NCBI RefSeq assembly: GCF_947568905.1
Contig: NC_079165.1
Location: 93,558,001-93,622,000, forward strand
Reading direction: 5' to 3'
Length of the DNA stretch: 64,000 nucleotides
DNA from: Ostrea edulis
Lineage: Eukaryota
Shown: in pieces, positions 13,837 to 26,185 of the stretch
Layout: every line of letters starts with the position of its first letter
Numbering within the stretch: position 1 is the stretch's first letter
Made by a program: the position numbers and the translations under genes
The notes under the pieces: model-generated
Seen by the model: only the letters and a program-made list of their open reading frames with translations
Told to the model about the DNA's origin: nothing
The model's database searches: none

Positions 13837-16800
13837 CATGTATATATATCCTTTCATACTAATGACAATACAAGACGAATGCTTCAATATTATATCTATA
13901 ACTTTAATCATATAATACTACATAACACTTGTTCAAAGAAAAGAAACACTACTAAAACTTAGTTGGTGATATAGACAAGATTGTAACTTCAGAACGTGCA
14001 ATGACCAACATTAGATGTGTTTCTGTTAATATGGCCAAACTGATAATCGCCCAAGCTAATTTCTAATGACTAACCCACCCCTTCATTCAATGTTAAATCT
14101 GACATTAAATGCACATATAGGCTTATCATCCCCAGTGACATCACATTAGTGCATGTGTAAATTGGATTTACATTATTGATTGAATGTGTGATTTTATGAT
14201 GTCCTTAAATTATAGATTCGAACTAATATGAAATACTATATCATATGTAAAATACTGCACACAATACTTTAAATCCAATTTCTAAGCCACCTCCCTTAAA
14301 ATTTAACTGGACAAGGATAAAACTTGTCAATCATATAAGAGACAATAGCTCAGGTCCTGATTGACAGCTATAACCCAGAGAGTCACCTGGGTATCCCAGA
14401 CCAGAATGTGTTGATGGCAACAAGCTGACCTTGCAAAGTCATTATAGATATACAATGACCCTATACCACTTTCTCTAATCATGGTAGAAGCAATTACACT
14501 TCATTACCATCTTTTCTCACCACTTCCAACACCTTCAGCACTTCAGTATCTGATCCAATGTGTTACTGCCACACAATCAAATTTTTTCTTAATCATTTAT
14601 AGCAATGCTGATGATTCCCTCAAAAAAACTTCAGGAAAATATGTCCTACACAGAGGAACATAGAGGATTGGCGATTCTAGGATGCTGGTGATAATTGGTC
14701 ATGGCAGCAGGCTAGTGGTGTTTGCTTGTTTCATGCACATTTTTGTGTCTTCCTGGGGAGGACAAAGGGTTGTTTTTAATGTCTACCATCCTGTGAACAA
14801 GAAAGTGCTGTCGAAACCATCCCATCACTTTGGGCATTATCATTACTGATCTCTGTCAAGGAGGGCTGCCACAAACCCCTGTCCTTTGAGACATTGAAAA
14901 ACTGATAAGAAATCTTCTGTCTTGTCAACTTCAATTGAAATTAAACTAAGGGTGTATTCCCAAGAGGACTACTTTTACAACTTTAGATATTAACCAATAA
15001 CAATACTGGACAGTAAGAAGTGTGTTGGCAATTATGTCCAGACCAGACAGGGTTTGTTGGCTGTATAATATTGTATCTGGCAGCAAGACTACATTCTGGT
15101 GATCCTAAATTGTGTACAATCACACATCAGAAAGCTGTTCATGTTCTATAAATATTTATACATCATCTGTCTACAGCAACCTTGAGCTCCTTGTGTGAAT
15201 GCTGGAATAGTTTATCATACAATTTTTAAGCACCAATGAAATATTCATACCACACATTATCAATGTCTAACTGGACAAACAGGGCATTAGTTCACGAGCC
15301 ATTTTTGTGAGCATTCAGCAGTAATTGCAGTCTTTTGTGTCAATTTACAACTTCATAGCTTTAAATAAACAGAATGTGCAGTGTATCAGGAATTTCTATA
15401 ACAGTATTTTGACGAAGCTGATCTTTGCATCATGAAACAGATGGGTTTTTTACCTGCATATTCTCTTTGTCTTTTACTGTCTCAGAGAATTTATCAGAAT
15501 TACATAAATCTCTTTAGAAAGAAAGCATCAAATTGTACATGAATTGCCGAGATATCTAGTTCAACAGAAATCATTCACTATACCAAGCAATTTGATGAAC
15601 AGATTTCATAACTTGACATTTCAAACAATGATAGAAATTTTTCCTCTTCTAAATTTATTCATTAATGTGTACTAATAATGTGATACACATACAAATATTT
15701 GTAGCTTATGATACTCTGCACTAGTACACTGGGTAATCATAATTGTAGTAGTCAGTGCTTGAACATTTCACATTTCCCTGTAGGTTATCAGATGAGTTCT
15801 GATCATCATGGGAATTTTTCAGTGTCTGTAGCTGTCTGGGTTTTATTTCCATCCTCAGTACCAGATGTTCTGAATATGTTTGAGACACACTAATGACAAA
15901 GCTACCCATAAACCATGTCTCATCTTGGCTGATGACCCAGAACACACAAGGGTAAAGTTCACATCACACATCTGTCATACTGACAATCCATGTGCAATCA
16001 TAATTCATCATCTTTAAGGTGTAGTTTGGTATGCAGTCAAAAGGGTACATACAGTCTAATTATGATACAACTATGTTGTGAAATACTTACAAAATATTCA
16101 ACATACAACCATCTGAAAATGCTAATTATCTTACATTTTACTACAGTACCATTCTGTGTACATATTATGAATTATGAAATAAAGATCTAACCAGGACTTG
16201 ATTGCCTGAAGAGCTATGAGTCATTATGCTGTTGTTGCATTACTCTACAATACCATAATTCAATTCTCCATCACAAACTGTCCTGTCAAGGATATTGATT
16301 CTACAAGTATGAAATTTCCAGAATAATACAACAGGCGTGCACAGAGAGACCAAAATAAATTCACTGATATCCCACATCCTGAAATCTGCAAAAGGCTAAC
16401 GACACCAGGGGAAAACAGGCAGCTACAGAACCATTCTACTGATGACCAAATGAAATCACTGACATTAGATGTACCTAATAAAAATTGCTCAATATGTATC
16501 CTACAGAAGCATATATACAATTTCGTCTGGTACTACTTGCTTAATATTAGGTTCTTCAGCAAGAGGAAATAAAGGGTCTAAACTACATTTTCTTTTCTGA
16601 ACTACCATTGCTGTCTGTATACTGTATATATGCACTTATAGGTATCCATACATGTAATACTTTAAAAAATCAAGTTTTAGACTTTTACAGATTGCAATAA
16701 TTGTAACAAATCAATGCAAGGAACCCAGTTGCCAGAGCATTCAACATTCCCTGCCAAAGCATGCACTGCATCAGCGAGTTCACCCTTCAGTATCTCTGCC

Positions 16801-17819
16801 ATGTGAACAATGCTTTTTAACAATGTCTTATCTCACTGTGATAGCCATATTGAAAGCTTCAAGACAGCACCTGCATCTAATTACCTCCAGTGACAAATGA
16901 GAGAACACAACAGATAGGAAGCAGAACTTTGTGGTATTGAGTTCAACTTATAATTGCTATGATTAGAAATTATTGCTCATATGAATTTACGGCACTGATT
17001 TGTACTAGGATTATATGTACAAATGTTAACTTCAACACAAGCATCACTATTAGTTCTTACAGGCATATCTGTGCTAGTTGAAGTTTTTCATGACAAATTT
17101 TACTTCTGACATAGAGAACTTCAGATGGAATGTGGTATTTTACCGTATTTACATAAGAGAATACCTATAGATATAGTAACTACAGGCACCTTATAGAATA
17201 CATACACTTGGTACATTATACATGTACCAGTGAAACTGCTTGGCCAATTGGAATTTCTAATTACACATGAACTTTGAATGCATACTATTGCTACCTGACA
17301 AAATCTCACTTTATCAAGTTCCACTTGAGTTTCACAAGTGCATGAATATCGAATCAGCACTGTAGTAGGTACATGTAGTACACTCTATACATTTGTATTA
17401 AAGCAGACATACTTCAGCACCCACTATAAACCCACTTATACTAAGTAGTTCAAATCATTGTCATTTCCTCAAATTCTAAAGCCTTCATAAAAGAAAAAGT
17501 TGAACAGATTTGTAACTGGATACATGTGTAACTGCTTCATGTAGATCTTTTAAGCATGCCGTGCTACTGAAATAGGAAAATCCTTAGGACGTACGTACCT
17601 TTACATGTCTACAATATTTATATCACTAACTAAAAGTCTAATAACGCTATATTTGCCAAGAACTTCAGAAAAAATTGGTAAGCACTAAGAAAATCCCTTG
17701 GGTCTTAAGGATAATATTGTGTTCAGATGCAGAGGGGCCAGTTTCTCTGTACATCTTAGTATGGTAAATTTATCAAACATTTACAGGTCTTCCTAATATC
17801 CATATGGCTTTGGTAAAGT

Positions 17820-18474
17820 GTGACCGGTGTATAACAAATGTATGATTTTCAAAGTACATGTATAGCTGTACGCTGTTTAAATCATGATATGATTTTCTGA
17901 TAATAGAATGATTCTAGTTCAAAATTTTACACAAAAAAAGATAGCTATTTAGTAGAAAAACATAAAATTAGACCCAAATACCATGTTGGTTTTAAGTCAT
18001 ATTGGACGTAACAAGGAATTTAAAACTGCATTTTTTCATTTTATACGAAGGCTTTGCTTAAATAGATTTTTCTCTAACAGTTTACAAGATCTTTAATTAT
18101 AGTATATATGATTTTGTTAATTTATCATAAATTCATTAGCTTGTAAGTTTGAAAAATATTGAAATATGTCGGACAAACAGAGACATTTTAAAATTAGAAT
18201 TTGTTCAATTTGCATCATCCAAAGTCAATGAAGAAATCAAAATTATGTTGTTTATACCAGTATCTACAGCAGGTGTTCTTCAGCAAGAGGGAAAATGTGA
18301 CCATTTCAAACTGGTGCATATCCGAATTAATATTTTTCTATGATATTTCATGTTTAGTGTCAAAAACCTTGTCAGACTGTTATATTACCTGTAAAACCTT
18401 TTTACCTAGTTGCAATTCATAAAAATATAGGTATACAAACACAAATTTGATTTGGTGTTTTCAGACCATGTCAC
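17820..18474. mobile_element. Possible MITE with short tgtgac...gtcaca TIRs
   Basis: tgtgacc at 17820 and catgtcaca ending near 18474; AT-rich interior; no TSD resolved. Confidence 0.3.
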
Positions 18475-20333
18475 AATAATAATTTCTTTCTGAGACTGTT
18501 TCTTTCATCTCTTCATCACTCTGTTGATTGATTAGCCACTTGCAATGACACTCAAAATAATTTAAATTAGGGCAAAAAATTGCATTTTTGGGTTATATAT
18601 CCATTGAACAGCACAGCACAGCACTATACTGAATACTTAGCCATATGTCAGTATGATGTAATAACAATTAATAACTTCATTAATATTATATCTAAATCTA
18701 ACTCCATGAATAAAAAGACCTCAAGTTGGTTCCAAATAAGGAAATCTAAATGAAATACAAAAAACAGCACTTCGTGATCCATCTTAAAAATGAGGAAGAC
18801 ACATTATGTCAAGATTCCAATAGACACTCAACTAAGCATGCTATTGAAGTGTGTTCATATTGATCCAACAAAGCTGAATTCAGACATTTCTCTTGAGTAT
18901 TTGATATTTACTGGTTTTATATGTTTGGTAGAGAGAAATTTTGATGATGCAGCTAGAAAATAAATAGCTTGTGTCTGTTTGAAGTGACCTTAGTCTTTTT
19001 TATTTCATTTGTTTTTTTCTATAGACAAACTGTTAAGTTGTTCAGAAAGTATATGCCATAAGATGGGCAGAGCTAATGTCAGATGGCATTGGCATCACAA
19101 AACTTGTTCCAGGGTTGTGATCTAAATTTATACTGCAGCTATCATTTCAAAACCCCTGAAGTCCATTAATTTACAACTCCTTTTGATAATTGCAATAAAA
19201 AAAGAGAAAATTTAGACCAAACTGATAGACTGCCATCACAGTTAGATGAACAAAACCCTGACATTTAATGTCTCTAAATATTGGTGTGGTCAATAAAATG
19301 GATCACTTAAGACACAATGATCCCTGGCTTTGAAACACCATGTTAATTAGAAGCAGATGGTGAGGGCTTTTCACACCAATGTTCTTTATATAACCAACAA
19401 ATAAATCCTGTTTCTACACAAAATAAGACATCTATTTCAAGTAAATTATTGATAAGCCTGACCCTTGTTGAAAATTGATAACACTTAGAAATACCACTTG
19501 AACAATTTCCTCTCAAATTATGATCCACTTGAAGGTCCTATTTATAATACCTTATCATAAAGGCATTGCCCCCCCCCCCCCCCCCCCTTTAATTCACCTC
19601 TACCATTCTTCCAATATCAAGGGATAGTGTGTTAATATATTACCAAGTATAATATAGGCCTAACAATAATCTACTAGCTACTCTGCATTTACAGCATAGT
19701 CTGAATACTTAATTCATATTTTTGGATTGGAAAATCATTATTGATCACAGAATGTTGCAGAATAGATATATATCACTCTCTATAATCTTCTTGACTGATG
19801 TACATCTCCCTCTGACTTGTGGCATGTACTTAAACTGAATACTCTGTCAAAGCACCACTAGTAATGCTAAATCGTTTACTTTTCCCAGGCAATCTGAATT
19901 TCTAGGTAGAGCCTACACCTACATTGGGGTATAATAAAACAAAAACTGAATGACATGATAATGTATGTTTAAAGCCACCTCCTACTGGCTGTTGGCAATT
20001 TAAATATGCGGGTAAAACCGTCTGTAATTCTATATAATGTCAAGCGACTCCCTGAATATTGCACAAACAATAATAGTGAAATGTGTCACACGTTTGTAAT
20101 TTTTGGTTTAACTTCCTTCACTTAATGCTCTTGCTTTTTTATTCTTGTGATATCTTGGATTAACAAATGTGTTAATTACGCTGTTTTATCAGAGATAAGA
20201 AAATTAACATGCAGAGAAAGAGGGAAATTCAAAAGAACAACAGTGCAGTGCTAGGCGGCCATCACATTATAATATTATTAATCTAGTTCTAGACTATCGA
20301 TCACTTAAAATATATAATGATTTGGATACATAC

Positions 20334-20388
20334 CTATTTCGCCAATAAGCACTAATCCCAGTACCAACCATAATCCCCCGTAATTCAT
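20334..20388 (-). CDS. Putative first coding exon encoding a signal-peptide-like segment (MNYGGLWLVLGLVLIGEI)
   Basis: ATG at 20388, 18 hydrophobic-rich codons plus 1 nt, then a strong AG|GTATGT donor. It lies at the edge of a CpG-rich patch next to a 20-kb CpG-poor domain. Downstream exons are not securely resolved. Confidence 0.45.
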
Positions 20389-20640
20389 TACAGCACTTCG
20401 AATAATCATACCACGATAAAGGATATTTACAAAATACACAATCTAGCCGAGATCGCACTTCTGCTAGTCAAGCGCTCACAAGATTATGACCATGCCGATA
20501 GTAGTGCGCGCCACATCCGCGCACAAAAATAGTGCCGGTTAGAAATAGGAACCGACCGTTGCACTTTCTAACTATGATTTTTCGACGTGAAAAGCGAATC
20601 GTTGGAAATTAGTTAAGCTAATTTGAGCCTGACGATACGG
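20340..20640 (-). promoter_or_regulatory. CpG-rich putative promoter/TSS region
   Basis: Locally dense CpGs (gtgcgcgccacatccgcgcac, gccggttag, accgaccg) directly upstream of the candidate exon. Confidence 0.4.
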
Positions 20641-21418
20641 GTTATTGCCCTTATTAGCAACCTCATGTTATTATAAATTTTATGATACCAACAAGGTCAA
20701 GTACAGAAATTGTATTTTTTATATATTTTAAGCATATTTTTAAAAGCACTAATAAAACTAGCAACGACACAGGCAATAATAAATACATTTTCAGGACGAC
20801 CTCATTACAAAAGGTAATTATGTCTTTTAAACGATAATTTATTCAGGCCTGGTGACTCGCTTTCATGTTCTGTGCCACTGAATGTAATCCATATGTTCCG
20901 AAAATTAATGTTTTTCAGTGCTTTATATATAACAGTACTTTACCTGGTATCCACTTTTTAAGAGATCGGGTTACAGTATTGTTTGGAAGGTGGTGCTTTT
21001 TATGTTATTTTTAATCCACTGAATCATGTTGATCTACCTAGAGCGCTGCTGTTTTCTTCCTTACCCGGGCATTTTATTATCATGTATCAATCGATTTTAT
21101 TGGTTGAATCGAATTAAGTTTTGAATTTAGATTGTACCATTATGTGATTGTCCCTGATTGTTCGGATTCTTTCACGTAATTTTGTCATTCATTAAAGTAT
21201 CATATTTGTGGAGTGGTTAACTCGCTTTAATAATGTAAGCCTTTTTAGCACCCTGTCCTATGTCAATCAGCGAACAAGTAAGATGATCTGCACTGTCTCT
21301 GGACTACATGTTTATTTTACTGCGCTAAACGCGCTTTCATTATTAAAGATTTGAATGATATAACTAGGAATACATTAAAGACTTGAATGATAACTAGCAT
21401 TGAATATCATTGTATGAT

Positions 21419-21504
21419 CCCGTGGGGATATGGGTTAGAATAGGTCCTCCGTACCCCTTACATGTCGTAAGAGGCGACTAAATGGGGCGCGGTCCTTCGA
21501 ATGA
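21419..21504 (+). mobile_element. SINE family B fragment
   Basis: cccgtgggga..ggttagaataggtcctc.gtacccct..tgtcgtaagaggcgactaaatgggg. Confidence 0.8.
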
Positions 21505-21567
21505 TGTACGTGCAATTCTCACTCAAGTTGAAATTCTGTCGTATAGAAGCACATGAATATGAACAAT

Positions 21568-22740
21568 ATGAAAGGTGAAGATAACGAATAGTGATCAATC
21601 TCATAACTCCTATAAACAATACAAAATAGATAGTTGGGCAAACACGGACCCCTGGACATACCAAAGGTGGAAAATGGTGCGTAGGAGGAGTAAAGATCCC
21701 CTGTCGACCGGTCACACCCGCCGTGAGCCCTATATCTCGGTCAGGTAAACGGAGTTATCTGTAGTCAAAATCAATGGGCCAAGAATGGTCTAACAATCGG
21801 TATGAAGCACGTCAGACAGCATTTGACCCAATGATAGGTTGTATTGGCAAACTAGATCGTTTCAACGACTTTAAAACTGACCGTGCATACGCAGAACAAG
21901 TTCTTGCGTATCGAATCAGTTGAGAGATATAAATACAATATGCAGGTGATAATGGAATATTGTTGCATGAATATGGGAAGTTGACGATGGAGAGACTGTA
22001 ATCATCCCGTTTGTCATAGAGTTGAGTTGGTAGTTTGCCGTTAACATCTACTTTCAATAAGATATCCAAGTATGAAGCAGAAGTAGACGACTCTGTGGTG
22101 AAAGGTGAAGATAACGAACAAGTGATCAATCTCATAACTCCTACAAGCAATACAAAATAGATATATATAGTTGGGCAAACACGGACCCATGGACATACCT
22201 GGGATAGGATCAGGTGCTTAGGAGGAGTAAGCATCCCCTGTCAACTGGTCACACCCGCCGTGAGCCCTACATGTATATCCTGATCAGGTAAACGGAACGT
22301 CTTTTATTTCTAGTTCATATAGGGATATATCGAATCGACATATGAATGAAAGTTATTATTGTTAATAGACAAAACGTCGTCGATATATCTAAATGTTGCA
22401 TTGAAGGCCACAGCAAGATATTTTTTTCTTCTCGCGTAGAAGTTTTTGAATAAAATCTGCTTCATATCAATATAAAAACAGGTCGGCTAACAAAGGAGCA
22501 CAATTCGTGCCATGGGAATTTCTTCAGACTGTTGGAAGACCTGATCACCAAAGACCACGAAGATATTGTCAATGAGGAACTCTAGCATATTTTTTATTTC
22601 AACTTCAGAGTACTTGTGCGTGGAATCAGAGTGGTGTTTAACAAAATAATTTTTTGGATGACTGATCTTTCCGTTTTCCATTTTTTGCTGAAGAAGCAAC
22701 TGTGTATGGTGTCAAAAAATCTAGTCTTTAATTTATTATA
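21568..22740 (-). mobile_element. Penelope-like retroelement (Naiad type), 5'-truncated RT plus 3' UTR, with nested self-insertion
   Basis: Translations KNMLEFLIDNIFVVFGDQVFQQ..IPM and TTESSTSASYLDILL..QLYDKRDD..IVNFPY..SQLIRYAR; 3' end shared with 24868-25548 and 34599-36530. Confidence 0.88.
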
Positions 22741-23249
22741 TCAAAAATACACCCTCAAACCGTATTGTGTACAAATAATTTAAACCCATGATATTACAAT
22801 ATTATATTTCCCCCACTTTAATTAAAGATAAAATTCTCCTGAATTTACACGTCTAGTCGACGTCCAACACCGGCGTCGTTTATTTTCGTCAGTATTGTTC
22901 ATCTAAACTCTGGTCGCGATCTTTGAAAGAACTGGATCATCTTTTGTAATTCGCCGTAGTCTTTGTTGGTATTTGCACGTGCAATGTCTCTCAAGGTGGC
23001 CGTACTCCATTCATTTTCGGGTTTTTATCTTGGTAGCGCCAGGAAACCGTAAGGTGACTGTACTCCATTCATTTTCGGGTTTTTATTTTGGTAGCGCCAT
23101 ACTGTGTATGTAGTTCGTCTTTGGACAGGGGTGTTGTTTTCCTGGAGGATAGTTCAACTGTAACACATTTATCCCAGTCAATTGTCTTATCTTCGGGGGT
23201 TATTCATTTCCTGTTTGGGGGGTCACTTCAACTCCATTGGGGTCTTAGT

Positions 23250-24522
23250 TCTTGTCACGACCTCGTCTGTTGACCACTCTCTTGGTCTTAGTTCTTGTCA
23301 CGACCTCGTTTGTTGACCACTCTCTTGGGGCGGATGGGAAAAGAGGAAGACATCCTTTCTTTACAAATTCTGTTGCTTTCTTTTGGGCGTCAGTCTGTTT
23401 AATCTTCGTCTCTTTTTCAATGGACTTATCTTCTGTCTCTTCAGTCTTGGGTTCTTCTTCTTCAAGCTTGCCGCTCCCTTTCCTGGGTATCCCTGGTATT
23501 GGTGGACTCCTTATCTGCCTCTTCCTGGTTCGTCACCTTTTTCTTCGATTAGAATGATGCTTGATGTTGATGGACTACCAAGGTAAGTGATGTTCTTTTG
23601 GGAACATCACCAAGTCTTGGAACTTTTCTTTGCAATCAGTTGACATCTGCTTTCGAAATACATGTACGTTTGAAGAATCTTTCTTCAAACCCAAGTTAGG
23701 AAGCAATTGCCGGAATGTCGCTTCTACTTTCCACATGGTAAAACTGACCTCTGGTGGCTTACACATTGTTGAGATGGGTAGAAAGAGCATACGTCTGAGT
23801 AAGTTGTCCATAGTCTTCTTATTACTTAGAACTTCATTCATTACTGAGCTTTGCCCGGTACCCCTGTGTTCCATTCCCCAGCTCCAAGATGAAATACACA
23901 TTGTAGGCTCTATTAACCCTACATCCGATACTAAGATATACGAGGTCTAAACCTTCCATGACGCTAGGCCTGTTTGGACTGCATCCCTTCTTCTGTGGCT
24001 GAGATGGTCTTCGTATGTTCATGGTATACACCTCCCACACTTCTTCCCACTCCTCAATTGATCTAGATGGCTTCTTCCTCCTGGTTACAGCTAATTCTAT
24101 CTGGTGCCTCCTTCGATTCTGCTGGACTCGGGTTGATGGCGGTCTTGTACATCTCATGGTGACAGGGCATCTAAAACCCATTGTTTTCAGACAAGAAGTT
24201 CCTTGGCATTAACTCCAAGGGGACCTGTAGCGTTTTAAGATGTGATCCTTGAGGTCCACCATCCAGCTAAATACTTGTTCTGTGAAACAGCAAACACGGA
24301 GTACTGTTATAGCATCCTATGAGAGGAAGCTGCAAGGTGGTTCTTTAGCTCTCTCCTGTTCCTAAACACTTTATGGCATAATCTACATTCTAAGTCTCCG
24401 TCGGCAGGCCGCATAGATAGATCTGCAGATTCAAAACATCTAATATTAGTTGTAATCACTTTGCAATTAGCTTCAGAAATGACCATGTTTAAGAGAATTG
24501 TAAGAAAATGTACATCCTCCAT
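23250..24522 (-). pseudogene. Decayed ORF with C2H2 zinc finger and K/R/E-rich tail, probably the extra ORF of the Gypsy element
   Basis: CRLCHKVFRNRRELKNHLAASSH fits C-x2-C-x12-H-x5-H with F and L at the canonical positions. Frameshifts and stops follow. Same strand as pol, downstream of integrase. Confidence 0.55.
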
Positions 24523-24867
24523 CCATGTAGATAATCAAGTTATAAGCCACATCCTTCCATTCATATTTTACATACATGTAATGCTTTAACATATATGTTT
24601 CTGTCAATCGGTCGTGTCTAATTCTTTGTTATTCTTTGCAGGTTTTTTTTTTGGTTTTTTTTTTTTTTGTTTTTTTTTTTTTTTTGTGGAGCAAGAAAGG
24701 TTACCACTCAGATTGATCATCTGATTTTAAATAATTTCATTCCATTTGTCGGATAGAACTAATCAATATTGTGGATTTCCAAAATACAGACCGGTTCAGC
24801 TCCAGTCAACTGTTCATCTTCATAACCTGATCTTAATCTAGTCGACTGCTACATGATATTAATATTA

Positions 24868-25548
24868 GTACTGTTTATTTGATATATCCCTGTGAGCTCG
24901 AAATAAAGGACACCACAGAGTCGTCCACTTCTGTTTCATACTTAGATATTTTATTGAAAGTAGACATTAACGGCAAACTGACAACTGTATGACAAACGGG
25001 ATGATTTCAGCTTCTCCATCGTCAACTTCCCATATTTATGTAGCAACATTCCATTATCACCTGCATATGGTGTTTATATCAACTGATTCGATATGCAAGA
25101 GCTTGTTCTGCGTATAGTCAGTTTTTAAATCGAGGTAAGCTACTGACAAACAAGTTGATGGTACAGGGGGTTTCAACAGTCTCGATTGAAGTCAGCATTT
25201 CGCAAATTCTATGGTCGTTATAACGATCTAGTTCGTCAATACAACCTCGCATTGGGTCAAATGCTGTCTGACGTGTTTCATACCGATTGTTAAGACGTTC
25301 TTGGCGCACTGATTTTGACTGCGGATAACTCCGTTTACCTGATCAAAATATAGGGGTCATGGCGGGTGTGACCGGTCAACAGGGGATGCTTACTCCTCCT
25401 AGGCACCTGATCCCACCTCTGGTGTGTCCAGGGGTCCGTGTTTGCCCAACCGTCTATTTTGTATTGCTTATAGGAGTTATGAGATTGATCACTGTTCGTT
25501 ATCTTCACCTTGCATGATAAGTGAAGATAACGAACAGTGGTCAATCTT
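24868..25548 (+). mobile_element. Penelope-like (Naiad type) 3' fragment with inverted terminal duplication
   Basis: ELEIKDTTESSTS..YDKRDDFSFSIVNFP..FRKFYGRYNDLVRQY, then a stop and the 3' UTR; no C-terminal GIY-YIG domain. Confidence 0.9.
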
Positions 25549-26185
25549 ATTTAATCCTTCACAGCCCTGTGTTAACCGAGTCCACTGCTACATTTAACTA
25601 TTTACAGTCCAGTCCAGCCCTAATTAACTGCTATATGTATCCACCCAATGAGCAATAGCAGCAGTAATCAGTTTCCGTCTACACGTTCATATAAGGTGAT
25701 AACACCCTAGATACACCCCTCTCAGAAATGTGTCTGTCAATTAAAGAAAACATAAGGGAAATCCTCTATATACTCCAATGAATCCAAAACTATCTGGTGT
25801 GCATCATGGTGCGTTCTTCTTGACCGTATGAGGACAGTTCTTGCCATGATATGGCATCAGTTGGTCAAGGTGGTATGCCGTTGGAGATTGCTTCGAATTC
25901 ATAAACCTCTTCACAATGTATGCAAGTCGCCTAGCTTCTTAGTAACTACGTATGACCCTTTCCATTTCAAAGTCAATTTAGTACAAACACCAACTTTCCT
26001 GGACCCGTCATGCAACCAAAGAGGTTGTCCAACTTCCAAAGAGTGCTTTTTGGATCTCAAATCATAGTAATTGTTCTAATATTAAGAACTGTGCTGCAAG
26101 TGTTTTCTGGCATATTGATGAGCCTTAGATAAGTTGACTGTAAATCCGCAACATAGTAATCTATTTCAGGACACACATCAACTGC

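Noticed and set aside
14200-17400. Unique, mildly coding-like sequence, possibly an old transposon or viral relic
   Set aside because: Hand translation of several stretches gave only short frames and no recognisable domain; it needs tBLASTx or HMM searches.
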